A stretch of DNA of 48,569 bases from an uncultured Bacteroidales bacterium (GTDB lineage: Bacteria; Bacteroidota; Bacteroidia; Bacteroidales; Dysgonomonadaceae). Of this stretch, positions 46,524 to 48,569 are shown piece by piece; within the stretch, counting starts at the first letter, position 1; every line of letters begins with the position of its first letter. Below the pieces are notes generated by a model that made no database searches, was not told the origin of the DNA, and worked only from the letters and a program-made list of their open reading frames with translations. The translations under genes were made by a program, and so were the position numbers. The DNA lies in contig CAXYYA010000028.1 in assembly GCA_964293155.1 (NCBI GenBank), forward strand, positions 1-48,569. Reading direction: 5' to 3'.

Positions 46524-48026
46524 TTATTTTTCAATCGTATTCTTTTTGGGCGCGTTTACCGGAGATTCCTTTTCAATAGGAATAGTTTCTGTTGTTTCTT
46601 TGCCTTTCAGGTAATTGGGCAACTGCATTCCCGCCATATTGAACAAGTCGTCCAATGGTGGAATGGTTCGCATTAACCCCGAAAGAAAGTTCGCGGTAGA
46701 GCCTTTACCATCTGCATTATTTCCCGAATCCCAAACGGTAACTTTATCAATTTTCAGGTTTTTAACCGCTTCAACCTGTGTTCTGATGAGTTCCGGTAAT
46801 TTCTCGATCATCAGCAACTGATACGCTTTATCGGGATCGCCGCCGGCGGCCGAAACCACATCTTTGTACCCTTGCGCCTGCTTGCTCAGAATCTCGAACA
46901 AACCGCGCGCTTCGGCGTCCATTTTGGCGAAGATGGCATCGGCATCGCCTTTAGCTTGAACGCGAGTGCGTTCGGCCACGGCTTGTGCGTCAATAATGGC
47001 TTTTTGTTTGGCGATCTCGGCCGGAACCACAATGTTGGCGGTTTCGGTAGAACGTTCGCGTTCGGCGCGGGCATTTTCGGCCAACTTTTCAGCCACATAA
47101 GCTTCTTCCAGCGCTTTTGCCTGTTGCACTTTCTCGGCCGCGATAGCCAGACGCGCAGCCTCGGCTTCTTTTTCGCGACGTGCCGCATCGGATTGGGCGA
47201 TGGTAATTTTTGCCGTATTTTCACCCTGAACGGCTATGGAGTTTGCTTCGGATGTTTTGATACGCGTTAGTTTATCGGCTTCGGCCTTTCCGATCAATTC
47301 GTCTTTCTTAGCCGATGCAATATTTACCTCGCGGTCTTTATCGGCCTCAGCTTTACCGGTCTCACCGATCTTTTCTTGTTGTGCCACGCTGATTTTGGCT
47401 TCGTTTATGGCCTTTGCTGCGGCTTCTTTTCCCAACGCTTCAATGTATCCCGACTCGTCTTTGATATCGGTAACGTTCACGTTGATCAATTTCAGACCGA
47501 CTTTCTTCAATTCCGAATCCACTGTTTTGGAGATGGCTTCAAGGAATTTATCGCGGTCGGAGTTGATTTCTTCGATCGTCATGGTGGCGATCACCAAACG
47601 CAGTTGTCCGAAGAGAATGTCGGAAGCCAGTTCTTTTATTTTATCGGGTGTAAGCCCCAACAACCTTTCGGCGGCCGTGTTCATCAGATCGGGTTCGGAC
47701 GAAATGGCAATGGTAAACCGTGAGGGTACATCCACGCGAATATTCTGACGGCTGAGCGCGTTGGTGAGGTTGGCCTCGATGGACAATGGCTTCAGATCGA
47801 GGTAAGCGTAGTCCTGAATTACCGGCCACACAAAAGCGCCTCCGCCAGGAATACAACGAGCCGAGGAGCCGCCTGTTTTTCCGTAAACCACCAGAATTTT
47901 ATCGGAAGGACATCTTTTAAAACGCGATGCCAGCGCCAGAATAGTAACAAAAATAACTACCGCCAGTATGATGATCAGGAACAATGGCGATGAAAGCGTC
48001 TCCGTCGGTAATCGCATCCAGTTCAC
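46524..48026 (-). CDS. Flotillin-like SPFH/band-7 protein (YqiK-type)
   Basis: 500 aa. An N-terminal TM helix is followed by an SPFH domain and a long Ala/Glu/Lys-rich coiled coil (AEADKDREV..., EAEAARLAIAAEKVQQAKALEEA). Confidence 0.85.
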   Translation of the reverse strand: MNWMRLPTETLSSPLFLIIILAVVIFVTILALASRFKRCPSDKILVVYGKTGGSSARCIPGGGAFVWPVIQDYAYLDLKPLSIEANLTNALSRQNIRVDVPSRFTIAISSEPDLMNTAAERLLGLTPDKIKELASDILFGQLRLVIATMTIEEINSDRDKFLEAISKTVDSELKKVGLKLINVNVTDIKDESGYIEALGKEAAAKAINEAKISVAQQEKIGETGKAEADKDREVNIASAKKDELIGKAEADKLTRIKTSEANSIAVQGENTAKITIAQSDAARREKEAEAARLAIAAEKVQQAKALEEAYVAEKLAENARAERERSTETANIVVPAEIAKQKAIIDAQAVAERTRVQAKGDADAIFAKMDAEARGLFEILSKQAQGYKDVVSAAGGDPDKAYQLLMIEKLPELIRTQVEAVKNLKIDKVTVWDSGNNADGKGSTANFLSGLMRTIPPLDDLFNMAGMQLPNYLKGKETTETIPIEKESPVNAPKKNTIEK

Positions 48027-48489
48027 GCACAGAACCCCTCACACTGATCAGAATTTTTCCTTTGCCCGACCGTTGAGGCGGAATGGTAAGATACACTTCC
48101 GCCGTTTTATTCAGCGTTTCTTCCATTTTAAACGAATCGTTTTCGGCCAGTCGCATAAATTGCTTTATGATGAAGAAAAACAGCGCCACAAAAATAATGC
48201 CGACCAGTGTAGCTACAAAAATCAACAAAATTTTGTTGGAAATAAGCGGATAAAACACAATTCCCGACCAACTGAAACCGAGTAGAAAATTGATGAGATT
48301 GCGCAGCGAAAACAATTGAAACGGCGCATCGGTATCGCTGAAATCACCATCGAAATCGGCGTCCACGCCATCCATGGAGTTGCCACCGATAAAGGTCATG
48401 ATGGCCTGAATGATAAAAATCAAACTAACGGGAATGGCGATATACCAAAAGGTTCTCAACAAGGGTTCCAGGTTTTGTAATGCATCCAT
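47917..48489 (-). CDS. NfeD-like membrane protein (YqiJ-type partner of flotillin)
   Basis: 190 aa. Three TM helices are followed by an acidic DGVDADFDGDFSD segment and a C-terminal beta-rich region. The ORF overlaps the flotillin start by about 110 nt in a different frame. Confidence 0.6.
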   Translation of the reverse strand: MDALQNLEPLLRTFWYIAIPVSLIFIIQAIMTFIGGNSMDGVDADFDGDFSDTDAPFQLFSLRNLINFLLGFSWSGIVFYPLISNKILLIFVATLVGIIFVALFFFIIKQFMRLAENDSFKMEETLNKTAEVYLTIPPQRSGKGKILISVRGSVRELDAITDGDAFIAIVPDHHTGGSYFCYYSGAGIAF

Positions 48490-48569
48490 AGTGTTAAAAT
48501 TTAACTTTCCAAAGATAAGTAATCAATAAAAATTAATGTTATATTTTTCGTGTCCAATATTTTTTAATA

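Noticed and set aside
1-48569. CRISPR arrays, rRNA or tRNA genes, integrases/transposases, phage genes
   Set aside because: No spacer-repeat arrays, no rRNA/tRNA signatures and no recombinase-like ORFs were found. The only mobile DNA seen is the non-autonomous MITE families.

Overview
This 48.6-kb window looks like a Bacteroidota (Bacteroidales-like) chromosome segment. The taxonomic call rests on the SusC/SusD pair, many lipoproteins, ECF-sigma/FecR modules and the lack of Shine-Dalgarno dependence. Overall GC is about 45 percent and it holds roughly 40 protein genes. Housekeeping genes (hisS, ffh, folD, tsaB, an M3 Dcp-like peptidase, an ABC-F ATPase, a flotillin/NfeD pair) are interleaved with accessory envelope genes. 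Four observations stand out. (1) A MITE-like family with 12-bp terminal inverted repeats ATGATTATCCGC...GCGGATAATCAT has four intergenic copies. One copy carries a second, unrelated 148-bp MITE nested inside it with a 5-bp CTTTA target-site duplication, and the empty-site allele is present elsewhere in the same window. (2) An uninterrupted 6.2-kb minus-strand block (31950-38161) runs ECF sigma, small anti-sigma, Spy/CpxP-like periplasmic protein, a secreted protein with four canonical EF-hand loops, two exported DUF2202 ferritin-like proteins, a PqqD-like RRE protein translationally coupled to an ATP-grasp ligase, and a type-III PLP decarboxylase. No precursor peptide is recognisable; this is the best candidate for an undescribed modification/biosynthetic system. 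(3) A second ECF-sigma/FecR module (24917-27440) has an anti-sigma whose periplasmic C-terminus is paralogous to the adjacent secreted LTXXQ protein. (4) A three-gene overlapping operon (27709-31870) encodes a polytopic urea-transporter-like membrane domain fused to an M23 peptidase, a TPR-plus-beta-barrel outer-membrane protein and a TPR protein. Other notable items are a tyrosine-phosphatase/DAG-kinase fusion, a GC-rich palindrome cluster, and a candidate small RNA with a small-peptide locus. All calls come from reading the sequence and the ORF translations. No database searches were run.
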